DNA of 64,000 nucleotides from Naegleria gruberi (Eukaryota): NCBI GenBank assembly GCA_000004985.1, contig GG738862.1; one strand, 5' to 3'. Shown piece by piece: positions 45,289 to 56,987 of this stretch (position 1 is its first letter; each line of letters starts with the position of its first letter). The notes under the pieces were generated by a model. It saw only the letters and a program-made list of their open reading frames with translations, ran no database searches and was not told where the DNA came from. The position numbers and the translations under genes were made by a program.

Positions 45289-47299
45289 TTACAAAGATTG
45301 TTTAGATTTATTGGCCAAAAGTTCTTCTCGCTTTTCGAGAAGTTTGGTAATTACATCTGCAAATACAACTTTAACTTTTTGGTATCTTCTTGACATGTAA
45401 TACATTACACTTAAATCTCTTTCAATTTTGGTTAAAATGTTTGGATCTGAATTGACCATGTTGAGGTCAACTATGCAAGCAAGAGAAAGTGCAGAAACAT
45501 AAGCTGGTGGCATGACACCTAACGATTCTGGTTCGAGCTGGCATAAATTCATAAAATCATCCAACTCTTTGTAAAGCTTTGGTAAAAGTTCTTTGACTTG
45601 TTCGTTATCACTGTTGAGTGTTGTAAGATTGATGGAAGAGGAGCAAGCATTTGGTGATACATGTTTGGACAAATAATCCAAATACTCTGTGATGATCAGG
45701 GAGTATGCTGTGTGCTTGTAACCCTTACCAACATGCTTAAGTATTGATCTTTGGTCGTCTTCTAGATTCATTGATTTACTAGTGAGAGAAGATACTTCCC
45801 ATGTGTAGTCAACCATTCGCAAATAAGTTTCGAATGTAGTACTATCAATTGGTTTTTGAAGTAAACCTTTAAAGTCTGGATGAATAACTTCTTTCATACC
45901 AGTACCGTATGAATAAAAGCAAGTAAGCAATTTACGAATTTCAGACATTCTTGTTTGACATCCAGCCTCGTTTATCACCTCAGCAGCATGGTAAAACTTT
46001 TCCAAAAAGTAGTCTCTATCCATGTCAGCAGAAGGTATTACGTATTTGATCAATGAATTGATCTCTGCTTCTTCAGTTGTAGAATCACTCTGTGTGTCTG
46101 TCTTTTTTGTATTATTTCTCTTGTGATATTTAAAGTAGTGATCTACAAGATCTAGATAGAATTTACCACTTTCATCATCTCCTTCACTTGATTGGTAGAG
46201 TGAAAGAATGCAATAAGTGAATGCAACATAGTAATTATCGTACTTGTCAAAAACTTGTTTGAGCAATGTTCTGGTTTTTTCATAGGCAGATCTAGCTTCT
46301 TTGGAGAGACCCTTCTTTTGACACATGTGAGTATACATACTGTACAATAAGCACAATTTTTCGATTGGTTGTTTGAAAACATCAACAGATTTTGGATTTG
46401 TTGATGATGTTGCAAAGTCATGCGACAATGAGGATTGGCACAAGCTGTTCACATGATCATGACACGCCAATCAGTTTTTAAGTAAAATCAAAATGAAACT
46501 TGAATACTTACGATGTTGAATGAGTGTAATCAACTACAACCTTATTCTTCATTAGAGATTTGCTTAATCTCTCATTCAATTCCAAATGGTTCTTTAACAA
46601 TAAGAAAAAGCTGTTGGAAGGGTCATAATGTTTGTCTTCAGTTTCATTAGGCAATGTTTCAACAAGCGTCAAATTAACATCAACTGATGAACGAGTCTTT
46701 GGTTTCTTTGATTGGGTAAATGTTGTCGTTGTAGTGGTTACTACATTTGAAAGAGTTGTTGACATGGTTGAGGGAGTCTTTCTCTTTCTAAAACTCTTAG
46801 ATCCATTGTCTTCTTCAATCTCTTCCTCAATAATAACTGCACATGATTGATTTCTGCTAGATGAATCATTAAAAGAGGTAGATGGTGTATCACATGGAAT
46901 AACAGGGAGAACAAAATTGTTATTCTGAGAGGTGGTATGGGTTTCAAAACTGGTGATTAATTGGTGGCGATTCGAGAATAAGTTATTTAACAGTAGGGAT
47001 GAATTATTCATGGTGGTGGAAGCAGCACTGTTTAATGTGCTACTGTTATTAGTAGAAGTAGTATTTGGAAAGAATGTGCTCGATTGATAATTATAGGAAG
47101 GAATGGTAGTTTGATAATTGGTGGTTGTAGTTGTAGAATTCGATTGAGGGTAGAGGAAGGAAAGACATTGTAAGAGGTTTTGATAAGTATCGGAGGAGGA
47201 ACCATTACTGTTGGTATTTGGTTGTTGTTGATTATTGTTATTCATCATAATGTGGGGAATGACAGAAGTTGGAAAGGAGGAGGCTGCAAGCGGAGTCAT
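45289..47299 (-). CDS. Hypothetical protein, 2 exons (46512..47299, 45289..46444); N-terminus Asn/Ser/Thr-rich
   Basis: Exon 1 ends ..DYTHST at GTAAGT. A 67-nt intron ends GAACAG. Exon 2 joins in phase to the 45289..46470 ORF (..SLCQSSLSHDF..). Confidence 0.6.
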
Positions 47300-47649
47300 A
47301 GAAAAATGATGATGAACAAGAACTCTTAAGTGTCTGATTGGTCAATACACTCGTTATTCTAAGAGAGAGAGGAATGAAGGATTTGTATTGTTCTTTGTTG
47401 AAAATCCTTTCGATAGCGATGGTTAAATGTTGTGGTGTTCTTTTGGAGTTTTAAATACCAGACCTTGTCGTTGTTGGCTGAAAACTTTATGAAAATCGCA
47501 CCAAAGCAGATGTAGTTGCACTATCGAGTAAAAAAGTTTAAGAATAGCGAAGAGGAGCATCGCAACATGCTTTTCATGGCGCAGTCGAAATCCGTATTGA
47601 GAAAAATGCTCCGAACAAACTAAAAAACATTACGAGCTGTACTCATCAA

Positions 47650-49363
47650 ATGAAGCAAGAAAGTGTACCAGCTGCCTATTATTTTTTGTTTGGTATTTCA
47701 CAGAATGACCATGATGATCAAATAGGCTCAACAATGGTTTCAGATTATTGTATTCCGATATGTCACGTATTTAAATTTATTGATTTTAAAATTCTATTGA
47801 ATAGTATTGGCCTTGTTTGTAAGAGGTGGTATTTATTAGCTAATTTTCACAACGGGCTTTGGCTACAATATTGTCATGAATACTTTCCTCGTTCACTCAA
47901 TGTTAGCGCAGATTTTGACCAATTTAATGATTGCCTCTCACTTTATTACGAAGTTTGCAACCAAGTCCAAAAACAATCCAAACTACAGCCACATGTTGTA
48001 CAATTAGGGTATGAAAAAATCCAAAAGAAGATCTCCTTATTGGAGACATTGGGCTTTAATTCAAAACAATGTCTTGCCATGTTGTGCTATTATCGATTCT
48101 ATTTTGCAAAGCGTTTTGTATTGGAGAGGAGAAGAGCAAAACAAGAGGTATGTACCTTAATATTCATTGCATCTTACATCAAATTAGGTAAACTACAGTA
48201 ATGTCAGCGAGGACCTTCCTTCCTTAACTTCTAAATGGTCTGGTATTGTTCAATCATGGTTAAATAACCCAACGATGCCTTTTCAAATAAGGGAGGGTAT
48301 TTTGTCAGAAATATTGCCCTATCTCTATGAAACAATGTTTAAAGTAACTGTCAATGATGACAACTCTGACGAATTGAAAAACGAAACAATAGTTACCTAT
48401 CTCAATCACGAGCGATTGTCGTACGATGTCGTTTCAAATATCCTCATATTCCCTCCTCATAATTACGACATTATTAGTGTAACATTTGACTTTGAAAGGG
48501 AATTCAATCAATTACTGAATTATGAATCAAACAATGCAACATATTCATCAGCACAAGACACTGCAAATAATGCCAATAACAAACTTGGAGATGTTGAATC
48601 TCTAGAAACTAATGCAGAGATATTTTATCATGTCTTTAAAGAAGACGAGACAAAGGTGTTCAGCAATGAAAAAGTATTATTGCGAGTTCTCCAATCCAAC
48701 AATAATAAGGAAAGAGAGGAACTACTTTCAAATTATCGCCATTTGCTAAATTTTCACCAATTAAGGATGATTACTGAGGAAGAAAATGAAGAAATCATTC
48801 AAGTCATACACAAACCGATTGGTCAGTTGGAGGAGAGAGATATTATGGTTGAATTAACACCATATTCTTCAATATCTCAAAGAATGAACCCTTTGGACGC
48901 ACAAGTGAATGATAAATTCTATTCAGATGATGAATTCAGTGAGTTTTCAGAGGGTGGTTCGTACGATGTTGTTGATTTATTAAGTAGTACTGGTTCAGAA
49001 ACGGATTCAAGCGAAGAGGGTATTGTTTCGAACAACAAGAATGGAGAAATTGGGGAACATTGCTCGAGCGACTTTCCATTTTTCGACTCAGATCTATTTT
49101 CAAATTATTTAGAAACTCTTCAAACTGACAAACATGTCATTTTGAGATTCGATGAAAATTCAGGAACTGACTTTAAAACTCGTTCTTCATTACTTGGTTC
49201 CAGGGATGTTGAAATTAATAAGAATGAATTGAACAAGTTGGAGGATTTATTCTTTGCTTCAGAAAAACCAATTATTAAGAAATTGAGGGAAGATAAGGTA
49301 TTATACCACCTATTGTTAGTGGCTCTTTGTAGAGACATTGGTTTGAGTGCAATTGTAAACTAA
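47650..49363 (+). CDS. F-box-like protein, 2 exons (47650..48147, 48188..49363)
   Basis: IPICHVFKFIDFKILLNSIGLVCKRWYLLANF motif. A 40-nt GTATGT..TTAG intron joins two ORFs in frame. Confidence 0.6.
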
Positions 49364-49771
49364 TAACTCTACTGTAGTCACGTCGCAGTGTCATCATTTT
49401 TGTAAAGTAAATACTAGTTGAGAAAAGTTTACACTTCAACAACATCTCAATAAGTACCACCATATTCCCTTCCACGGGACAATGCCTCAAATATCTTATT
49501 GCCGCACGGTATTTTATTTCTCCTTCATTGTGGCTCTCTTTATTCAACACACCCAACGTGTTAAAATTTTACAATCACAAACAAAATACATAACTCCAAC
49601 CATGTAAACAATAATACATTGAGAATTTAGAAACGCATTGAATTGAACGTGCATGCACATGTAGCTATTCAATGAGACAACTCATGACATTTTCAAATAA
49701 TAATTCGTGAACCTCATTCTTTCGAATTATTCCTCCAAAATAGGCATGTATCGTCACGAACATGAGCAACT

Positions 49772-50326
49772 CTACTCTTCATCACTAATACAATGAATGG
49801 AAACATCAGAGGTAAATCTGGTTTGGAATAGATGCTTTTGAACCACTTTTTCATATCTATTGTGCCATTCCTTCAACTTTAAAACAACATGCATCCATCT
49901 CCACAACAAACAATGAAGATTTGTTGTTTTGGCACCAATATCCTCCAAGCACAATTGCTTATTTTGATCCAACATTAATGTGATCATTTCATGTGTTTTC
50001 AAGGACATGCTCAACGGATCATAATTAATTACTTTTTGTCTAAATTCTTCATAGGGATTGAATGCACTCTTGATGAGCATCCAATTTTCTGCTTCAAGTG
50101 ATTTTCCCTCAATCAATGATCCAATAACCATTGTTGTTAGACATACTAATTTATTTGGACATGAAAAGGAATTGGTTATTTGAACATTTACTCGGAATAC
50201 GTTTCTGTCCTCAATCATTGTTCTTCTTAATTGCCCTAATTCCATCATCAATTCATCACGAGACATTTTTTTGCAATTACTTATCTCTTCATTATTCACT
50301 GTATTGTATTTTATTACAAAAAACAA
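49772..50326 (-). CDS. Hypothetical protein (possibly terminal exon of a longer gene)
   Basis: 184-aa ORF. No recognisable domain. Confidence 0.35.
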   Translation of the reverse strand: MFFVIKYNTVNNEEISNCKKMSRDELMMELGQLRRTMIEDRNVFRVNVQITNSFSCPNKLVCLTTMVIGSLIEGKSLEAENWMLIKSAFNPYEEFRQKVINYDPLSMSLKTHEMITLMLDQNKQLCLEDIGAKTTNLHCLLWRWMHVVLKLKEWHNRYEKVVQKHLFQTRFTSDVSIHCISDEE

Positions 50327-50952
50327 GTATTGGTTGAATATTGAAGGAGTTTATTTACAATGGATTGTTGAATTCAATGAGAATAATGAGGAAGGAAAAT
50401 TAGAAACGGACTAGAGAGATTCAATTCAAAAAGGAGGTATTGACAAGATGTTGTCATCCACTGAATCATTGAGGGACTGAAATCTTATTCGATGGTATCC
50501 CGAAACGAATATTTATTCTAACGCTTAATTTGTAATTGATCCTTCTATCTTTAAAAGAGGAATAAGATTATCCAATTTCATTATTTAGAAACTCTACAAA
50601 TCCACCAGATGAAGTTGAAGAGTATTTCACTTATAGCTTGAAAATGGTTTCAGTACTCAAATTGAAGTTGAACATAAAAGATAGAAAGTAATATCCATTG
50701 GAAATAAAAGTAATTATCTGTTATTTGTGAATCAGGAACCTGTTTTTGGTCGTTAATAGATTGGTTGGATTGCAGTGTAGTTCCTTGAATAATTTTATGA
50801 AATGTACCTTGCATCAATGGTAATTGGTTTTTAGGGACAGATAATGTTGTGGTTTTTAATAACTTGGGTTTTGTTGAAATGTAACTTTCAAGTATTGTAA
50901 AGTATTTGCAATAATTATTAAACCTCCAATAGTAAAAGATAAGAAGAAAAAA

Positions 50953-52224
50953 ATGTCTAAAGTGCCTCCTCCTCCAGCACACGGCATTTCTTCAGCACTG
51001 ATCAAGAAGAAACACAAAAAGAGATTTACAATTTCAACTGAAAATATATTGCAACAAAATTCTATTAATCGTTCCGAAGATGAAGAAATTAAAAGAAAGA
51101 ATAATTATCATCATGAGGGCCGTGTCCTGATCATTCCGCAACTACATTACGGATTGGAAAAGATTGGAACCAAAATTACATTAATGGATAGGGATAATTT
51201 ACTCACTCATTCTCCAACATTGATTAGTTTTGGAGGTTATTCAGTGTTTGGAGGGATTATAGATGTACAATTATTATATTTAGATTTGGAACCATCAGAG
51301 AGTGGTGAATTAAATGTTGAATTTGAGTGGAAATTGTTGGATGAAGGAAACAGTGAATTAATCAATTTGGTTACTGTTTCAAATTTAACATTCCATTATT
51401 GTAAACAGAGACAATCTCTATTACTATTCATACCAACAGATCATGTAAATATTTTTGAGTTTAGTTTAACGAGTAGGACTTGGGAAAAATCTAAATTTAT
51501 TTCACCGTTCTATGATTCGTATTTTCTAATCGATAGGGATGAGAAACATTTAATTGATATTATGAGCAGTGATTCAATGTATATTAATTGTTATGAGTTG
51601 AGTGGTGTATTTTCTAATATGGACAAGAAAGGAGTGGAGCTTCCAACACCAAAATCAAGGATGAATGCAATTTTAGAGGAGGAATTGGTCATCCATCGAG
51701 ATGCAACTTTACCAATTTTAGATGAACAAAAGATATTAATTTTGAGTACTATGAGTAGAGGACAAAATTATAATTATATTTCCAAATCACCAGATCTGTT
51801 GACCATTAATCTGAGTGGATCGAATCCATTCGAGCATTGTAAATTATTCGATGAAATTGGAAGTAAACCAACACTCGCTGAATTTCCAAAAATTGATAAG
51901 TTACAGAAATCAAAGGTATTGATATCTGTATTTAATAATACTAAAAAAAGAATGGTTTTATTTGTAAAGGATGTAAGCAAGCACGGTGTTGAGGAATTAA
52001 GATATAATCCACTACCAATAGAGTTGAAACGACATGTCTTATTTGAAACAGTTTCGTTTGGTTTTATTACAAAGAAAAATGAAAGGCGAATACTTCTAAT
52101 GCCCAGCAACGATTTAATATTCATCATCAAGATTGATTATTTTGCTATTTCCTTTGCATTTCCATTTATTTCTAATATGAGGATACTGCTTCCAATTAGT
52201 GATATAAGCATTATTTGTAAATAA
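50953..52224 (+). CDS. Hypothetical protein
   Basis: 423-aa intact ORF with ATG. No recognisable motif. Confidence 0.45.
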   Translation: MSKVPPPPAHGISSALIKKKHKKRFTISTENILQQNSINRSEDEEIKRKNNYHHEGRVLIIPQLHYGLEKIGTKITLMDRDNLLTHSPTLISFGGYSVFGGIIDVQLLYLDLEPSESGELNVEFEWKLLDEGNSELINLVTVSNLTFHYCKQRQSLLLFIPTDHVNIFEFSLTSRTWEKSKFISPFYDSYFLIDRDEKHLIDIMSSDSMYINCYELSGVFSNMDKKGVELPTPKSRMNAILEEELVIHRDATLPILDEQKILILSTMSRGQNYNYISKSPDLLTINLSGSNPFEHCKLFDEIGSKPTLAEFPKIDKLQKSKVLISVFNNTKKRMVLFVKDVSKHGVEELRYNPLPIELKRHVLFETVSFGFITKKNERRILLMPSNDLIFIIKIDYFAISFAFPFISNMRILLPISDISIICK

Positions 52225-52337
52225 CAAATTAAATAATAGATGAGTGATTAACAATAATTTGAAGATATGTTGTTTAATTTCTTTTTCGTAATCCTAAAAA
52301 ATACAGTATGGAAGTAACATAAATACATTCAATGTAT

Positions 52338-52410
52338 TCCCCCTTAGCTCAGTCGGTAGAGCGTCAGACTGTTAATCTGCAGGTCGGTGGTTCGAGCCCA
52401 CCAGGGGGAG
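52338..52410 (+). tRNA. tRNA-Asn (anticodon GTT)
   Basis: Acceptor TCCCCCT/AGGGGGA, D-arm GCTCAGTCGGTAGAGC, anticodon loop CTGTTAA, T-arm GGTGGTTCGAGCCCACC. Confidence 0.85.
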
Positions 52411-52518
52411 ACTTATCTTTTGTTACAGTTTTCTTGATTTTGAAGTTGGCAAGTTTATCTTTACCTTTGCACAAGTATCTTTTTTACCAATGACTCAGCA
52501 ATAGATCTTTTTAAAAAA

Positions 52519-54330
52519 ATGGCACAACACCTATCCCCTGAAGTGCTTTTTCACATTTTCACAAATTTTTCATCACCCGACCAATATTTAAATGGTTTAA
52601 TGCTCGTTTGTCGTGATTGGTACGAAGTCACCAATTATGAAATGTTCTGGTTGGCAACTCTTAAGAATTTAATGAAACAACAAATACACGATTGTAAAAA
52701 CAATGAAAATTTTGAAACCCTGATTGATACCTCTCGTACCAATATGGTTGTTAAACAATCGGATATTGTGAAGGAGAGAAAGAATTATTTATCAAGTATT
52801 GAAAAGAGAGAAAAAATTCTTGTCATTGATTTGAAACCATTCACAAAGAGGAGAGAAACCAATGATGATATTTATGGAAATTCGTATAAAACCAAGAGTG
52901 TTCAATTCATTAGGGAAAGGAGAAGGAGATTAGTGGTTTTGGAGTTGGCTCAAATTGCTTCCAAATTTGAAAATGATATTATTGACCCTCACATGTTCCA
53001 AAATGATTGGGAAAAGATTATCAATCAGATTGAGAATAGCAAGTATTATGATAAGAAGTTTATTGCAAATTTGGGAGTTTTCAATTCTTCAACAACAATT
53101 TTTCACATATTTCTCAAACAATTTCAGGTGCATTTCCATCGTGGAGGTGATTTTGATTTTTTAGATAGAGTTGTTTCATTCTTTTTATATGATTGTGAAC
53201 TTTCTGTTTCTTCATACATGGAACATATTGTAAAAACTAGTGGTTTCAATTCGTTCTTAAAAGTAAGAGAGAACAAACCAACAATATTTGAGAGATTCAA
53301 GAATGAATTTTATTTTACTGGAAAATCAGGCGTACCTGCACACTTTTTGAGTTGCGTTATTAGCAGCGCCGACCTGAAAGACGAAATGCATTTTGAATTT
53401 ATCAGAAAATGCATTGAACTTTTCAAAACTAAGAAATTGCTAAAATTCAAAGAGAATATGGTAGAGCCATACATTACTGAATATATGCAAGCAATAATTC
53501 CAAATTGGATGACAATGGAACTCTATTTGAATGATATGAACATGCTAGAGTGTAAAGGGGTCAATAGTTATCTATTTATTCATGAACTTTGCCAAAAGGC
53601 ATGGTATCTTTCACAGGAAAACAGCAATTCTATAGTTGCAGAAAACTTGAAGAGAGCCAACAAAGAATTAGGCCTCAAATTAGATATTCCTATTCCACGT
53701 TCGGTAACTAATAGATCGAACATTGAAATTCTAAAGGTTTTAGTTGAGAATGGTGCTGATATCAATTCTCCACCACCCACATTAAGTGATTCCACACAAA
53801 GTTACCACATTGGAGTCCCTCTTGCAAGAATTATTTATAATTGTTACACTTCATCGAGAACTGAAGAAATTTTATACATGATAGAGGAAGGAGCAACTCT
53901 ACCACCAATGGATACCCCAATGCCAACCCCTTTCTACGAATCATACACATATGCTGATATTTTTGATTATTATTTCGATACTGAGGAGAACAATTTTTTG
54001 CCAACTTTGAAATTACTTGTGGAAAAGTTTGGAGCTAGATTTACAGGAGCTGTTCCAGTTATTGAAAATGTGAGATACGCTAGTAACGCAATAACTTTTT
54101 CTGGATTATGTGAACTATTGCGTTATTTGAAACAAGTCACAACAATGAATAAGGAAATAATTTGCACACCTCTGACTTACATTTATTGTGATTGGGGACG
54201 ATCTATTGTAAAGGATGATTTGGATAAGAAGGAACTATTCAGAGAATTTTTGGAAAATGAAATGGATATTCACCTAGTTGAAGAAATAATTGAGGAACAC
54301 GTCGAGGTCGAGGTTACACAAGATGAATAA
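52519..54330 (+). CDS. F-box-like protein
   Basis: LSPEVLFHIFTNFSSPDQYLNGLMLVCRDWYEV motif. Rest helical. Confidence 0.6.
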   Translation: MAQHLSPEVLFHIFTNFSSPDQYLNGLMLVCRDWYEVTNYEMFWLATLKNLMKQQIHDCKNNENFETLIDTSRTNMVVKQSDIVKERKNYLSSIEKREKILVIDLKPFTKRRETNDDIYGNSYKTKSVQFIRERRRRLVVLELAQIASKFENDIIDPHMFQNDWEKIINQIENSKYYDKKFIANLGVFNSSTTIFHIFLKQFQVHFHRGGDFDFLDRVVSFFLYDCELSVSSYMEHIVKTSGFNSFLKVRENKPTIFERFKNEFYFTGKSGVPAHFLSCVISSADLKDEMHFEFIRKCIELFKTKKLLKFKENMVEPYITEYMQAIIPNWMTMELYLNDMNMLECKGVNSYLFIHELCQKAWYLSQENSNSIVAENLKRANKELGLKLDIPIPRSVTNRSNIEILKVLVENGADINSPPPTLSDSTQSYHIGVPLARIIYNCYTSSRTEEILYMIEEGATLPPMDTPMPTPFYESYTYADIFDYYFDTEENNFLPTLKLLVEKFGARFTGAVPVIENVRYASNAITFSGLCELLRYLKQVTTMNKEIICTPLTYIYCDWGRSIVKDDLDKKELFREFLENEMDIHLVEEIIEEHVEVEVTQDE

Positions 54331-54852
54331 ACTATTCCTTAATTTCAAAAAGTAATGGTATATATTAAAAAATTAAACTAGACTAATTGCTAGTGACAAA
54401 CCATAAAAAGCGAAAACAAGGATAAATTAATAGTCCTGGTTCAAACGCTTAATTTGAGGGGTTACACTCGAAAAGTGTCGCCAATTATTCATAATATTTG
54501 GCAACTCATTCAAAATTCTATCAAAAAAAGCATCAGAAAGTAACAATTCTTGAATCTCCGAAAGATTAACAACAGAGAAAAACAACCAAGTCAAACCTCC
54601 ATTATATTGCCTCATTCCCAGAAATTGAAAGTTTGAAAAATGTAATACCAAATTGTAATTCAATTTATCATTGGAATTCCAACTGAAGAAGGCAGAAATT
54701 CTTACACCACTCCATCCAATCAATGACTCACCTTCTTATAACAAAGTTCACCATATGGTATTTGACTGGATTGAGGTTCTATTGATCACGATAGAGCATT
54801 AAACGATTAAGGCGGAAACAACCGTTTGATTATTTTTTAAGATATTAACGTA

Positions 54853-54925
54853 GCCCGTCTAGCTCAGTCGGTAGAGCGCAAGGCTCTTAACCTTGTGGTC
54901 GTGGGTTCGACCCCCACGGTGGGCG
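54853..54925 (+). tRNA. tRNA-Lys (anticodon CTT)
   Basis: Acceptor GCCCGTC/GGTGGGC, anticodon stem CAAGG/CCTTG with loop CTCTTAA, T-arm GTGGGTTCGACCCCCAC. Confidence 0.85.
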
Positions 54926-55023
54926 TTTCATATTTTAAATATTTTAAATTCTCATTTATTTCTTTCTTGCTCCAATATTGTTTTTGTAATAAGAAATCTA
55001 AAGATTGGAACTTGTCAAAAAAA

Positions 55024-55287
55024 TTTAAACGTTTATTAATCGTATGAACCCGACGGGTTCGTCTTGATGATATTACGAATATTAAATAATAAATTCTTTC
55101 TTGTTGGGATTGCTTTGTTCATTTCTTGTAACTCTGTGGACACAAATACTTGGCTTGAACACCCTATGCTGGAACCCCGGGTAGTATAGGGTACGGTGAC
55201 TTAACCCGACGTAAGTATTGCGGCAACACACTGTGGTCTCAGGGTCAACAGTGTAGTTACTGGGTGGTACGACATTTTTTTTGAGAC
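55024..55287. mobile_element. 264-bp insertion flanked by perfect 16-bp direct repeats GAACTTGTCAAAAAAA (55008..55023 and 55288..55303); putative non-autonomous retroposon/SINE-like element or element fragment
   Basis: Exact 16-mer duplicated at both borders. The insert is GC-richer than its surroundings, contains the palindrome GAACCCGACGGGTTC, and ends in T8. It sits about 100 nt 3' of tRNA-Lys. Confidence 0.4.
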
Positions 55288-55302
55288 GAACTTGTCAAAA
55301 AA

Positions 55303-55872
55303 ATGCCTCCACCAACTCTCTGCACTCAATGCTCATCACCAAGCAATCGGCTCATCAAAAGAAAAGTTTGTTTCTCGTGTTCAAAAGGTGTCGAGGAAGC
55401 TATTTGTTGTAAATATTGCCAAGTAACAGAAAAATCCGGTTTTACTTGTACACATTGTAAGAGGCTGAAATGTTTTAGTTTACATTTTGGATTTTATTGT
55501 TTTTCTTGTAGAGGAAATTGTTGTTCTGATTGCCAGAGAAAATTTGATCCATATTGCAGAAGCTGTCATTCACCAGTTTGCTTGGATTATTTGGAAAAGG
55601 AAAAGAAATGTAGTCAACCCTATTTCAAAAGAGTTTATTGTTTAAAATTGAAACATTTCTTTACACAAAAATCTCCAAATTGGGTTGCCAGTAAGAAGGA
55701 AAAATCGAATTGGAATGTATATGAACTTGTGTATGGGCACGATGATCATGCAAACTGTATGGTCAATAAGGTGGAGCACAAATTGGAATGTGTTTCATGT
55801 TGGAAAATTAAGAATAACTTGTGGAATGTGTGTGGAAAGATAACTTGGTGTGATCTTGTCATTATTTTTTAA
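55303..55872 (+). CDS. Cysteine-rich (multi-CxxC) zinc-binding-like protein
   Basis: 189-aa ORF with at least 12 CxxC/CxxxC pairs. The ATG lies inside the downstream copy of the 16-bp direct repeat. Confidence 0.45.
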   Translation: MPPPTLCTQCSSPSNRLIKRKVCFSCSKGVEEAICCKYCQVTEKSGFTCTHCKRLKCFSLHFGFYCFSCRGNCCSDCQRKFDPYCRSCHSPVCLDYLEKEKKCSQPYFKRVYCLKLKHFFTQKSPNWVASKKEKSNWNVYELVYGHDDHANCMVNKVEHKLECVSCWKIKNNLWNVCGKITWCDLVIIF

Positions 55873-56051
55873 ATCATTCGAATATAATTAATTGGAAATT
55901 TACAATGAAAATATTGTAATCATCAGCACTGTGTAGCTCTGTTTAGAAAATTATGCAATCAGGAAAAGACTTGTTTCCATTTTAGACGTTTCTTACTCTT
56001 TCGAATACATTGTAAACAACTTTTTTCACAAGCCTTTGAATTAGATTCATA

Positions 56052-56987
56052 ATGGAAGAGCCTCGATTTTTGAATATTGATTGCATGTTCGGATTGCTCT
56101 CTCCTCATCAACAATACTCACTGCTGAATAATTTGATGATTAATTTGCATCAGGATAAACTCTCTGTGCAATTTCCAACAGAGGTTGTGCAAGATCGTAT
56201 TCTTACATTCTCAGAGGATAGAGTTGACTTTTATGTTTGTATGATGGTAATGAGAGGCTTGTTAAAGGAACTGGTTCACAGGGAAATCCTTATTAACAAT
56301 CAAAAGAGAACAGTGAAACAAGATGAATCATGGATTTGCTTTGCTCAAAAGCTTTGTTGTTTGGAGTATGATGACGGTGTGAAGGAAGGAGAAGTTTCTT
56401 ATGAAACCAGAAAGCTTGTTGCTGAATTGTACAATACCTTCCTTTGGAGACAAGTTCCTATTGATAAGAGTAAGCTCTCAAAAACTCTTCATAAGAATTG
56501 TAACTTTTATCATTGGTCTGCAATGATTGACTATGTGATGAGTAATGTTTTATTTAAGCATGTCACTCCAGGATTAGTAATTTTAGAGCATTGCTCCTTT
56601 GATGATAAGGGGGAATATCATAAGCATCAAGGTAAGTGTTATATTACTACTCATTGTTTTATTTAAATTAAAATAGTTGAATGGATAAAGAACAGAAAAG
56701 TTCGAAAAGATCTATACACCAAAATTGTTGCCACAACTTATGAAATTAATTCCTTTATTAAATGAAGACACAGATGCAATAGATTGCATTGCAAAGAAGG
56801 TTAATCATCTCCCACATCCAATCAAGTTCAGATATCAAGAACCAAAATGTGTTGTGTGTGGTAAAAATCTCAATTCAAATGTTCTCAATGTGCTGTTGAA
56901 AAATACTGCTCTCGTAATTGCCAAAAATCACATTGGAATCAACACAAATCCATTTGTAAACAATCCAAAGAAATAATTATAAATTAG
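56052..56987 (+). pseudogene. MYND zinc-finger protein gene: exon 1 56052..56631, intron to acceptor at 56773, MYND finger disrupted by a 1-nt frameshift near 56876
   Basis: CVVCGKNLNS in one frame is followed by KCSQCAVEKYCSRNCQKSHWNQHKSIC in the +1 frame. Together they form a canonical MYND C4-C2HC pattern. The shift lies in an A-run. Confidence 0.5.

Noticed and set aside
54427-54723. 98-aa minus-strand ORF between the F-box gene and tRNA-Lys
   Set aside because: No motif. A possible upstream exon has only a 31-nt would-be intron. Left unannotated.
55100-55287. Possible 5S rRNA or U1 snRNA in the GC-rich insert
   Set aside because: Partial resemblances (CAGGGTC..TAGTTACTGGGTGG on plus, ATACTTAC on minus) did not extend to the full conserved cores. 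The true 5S of this genome (23540..23657) is unrelated in sequence.
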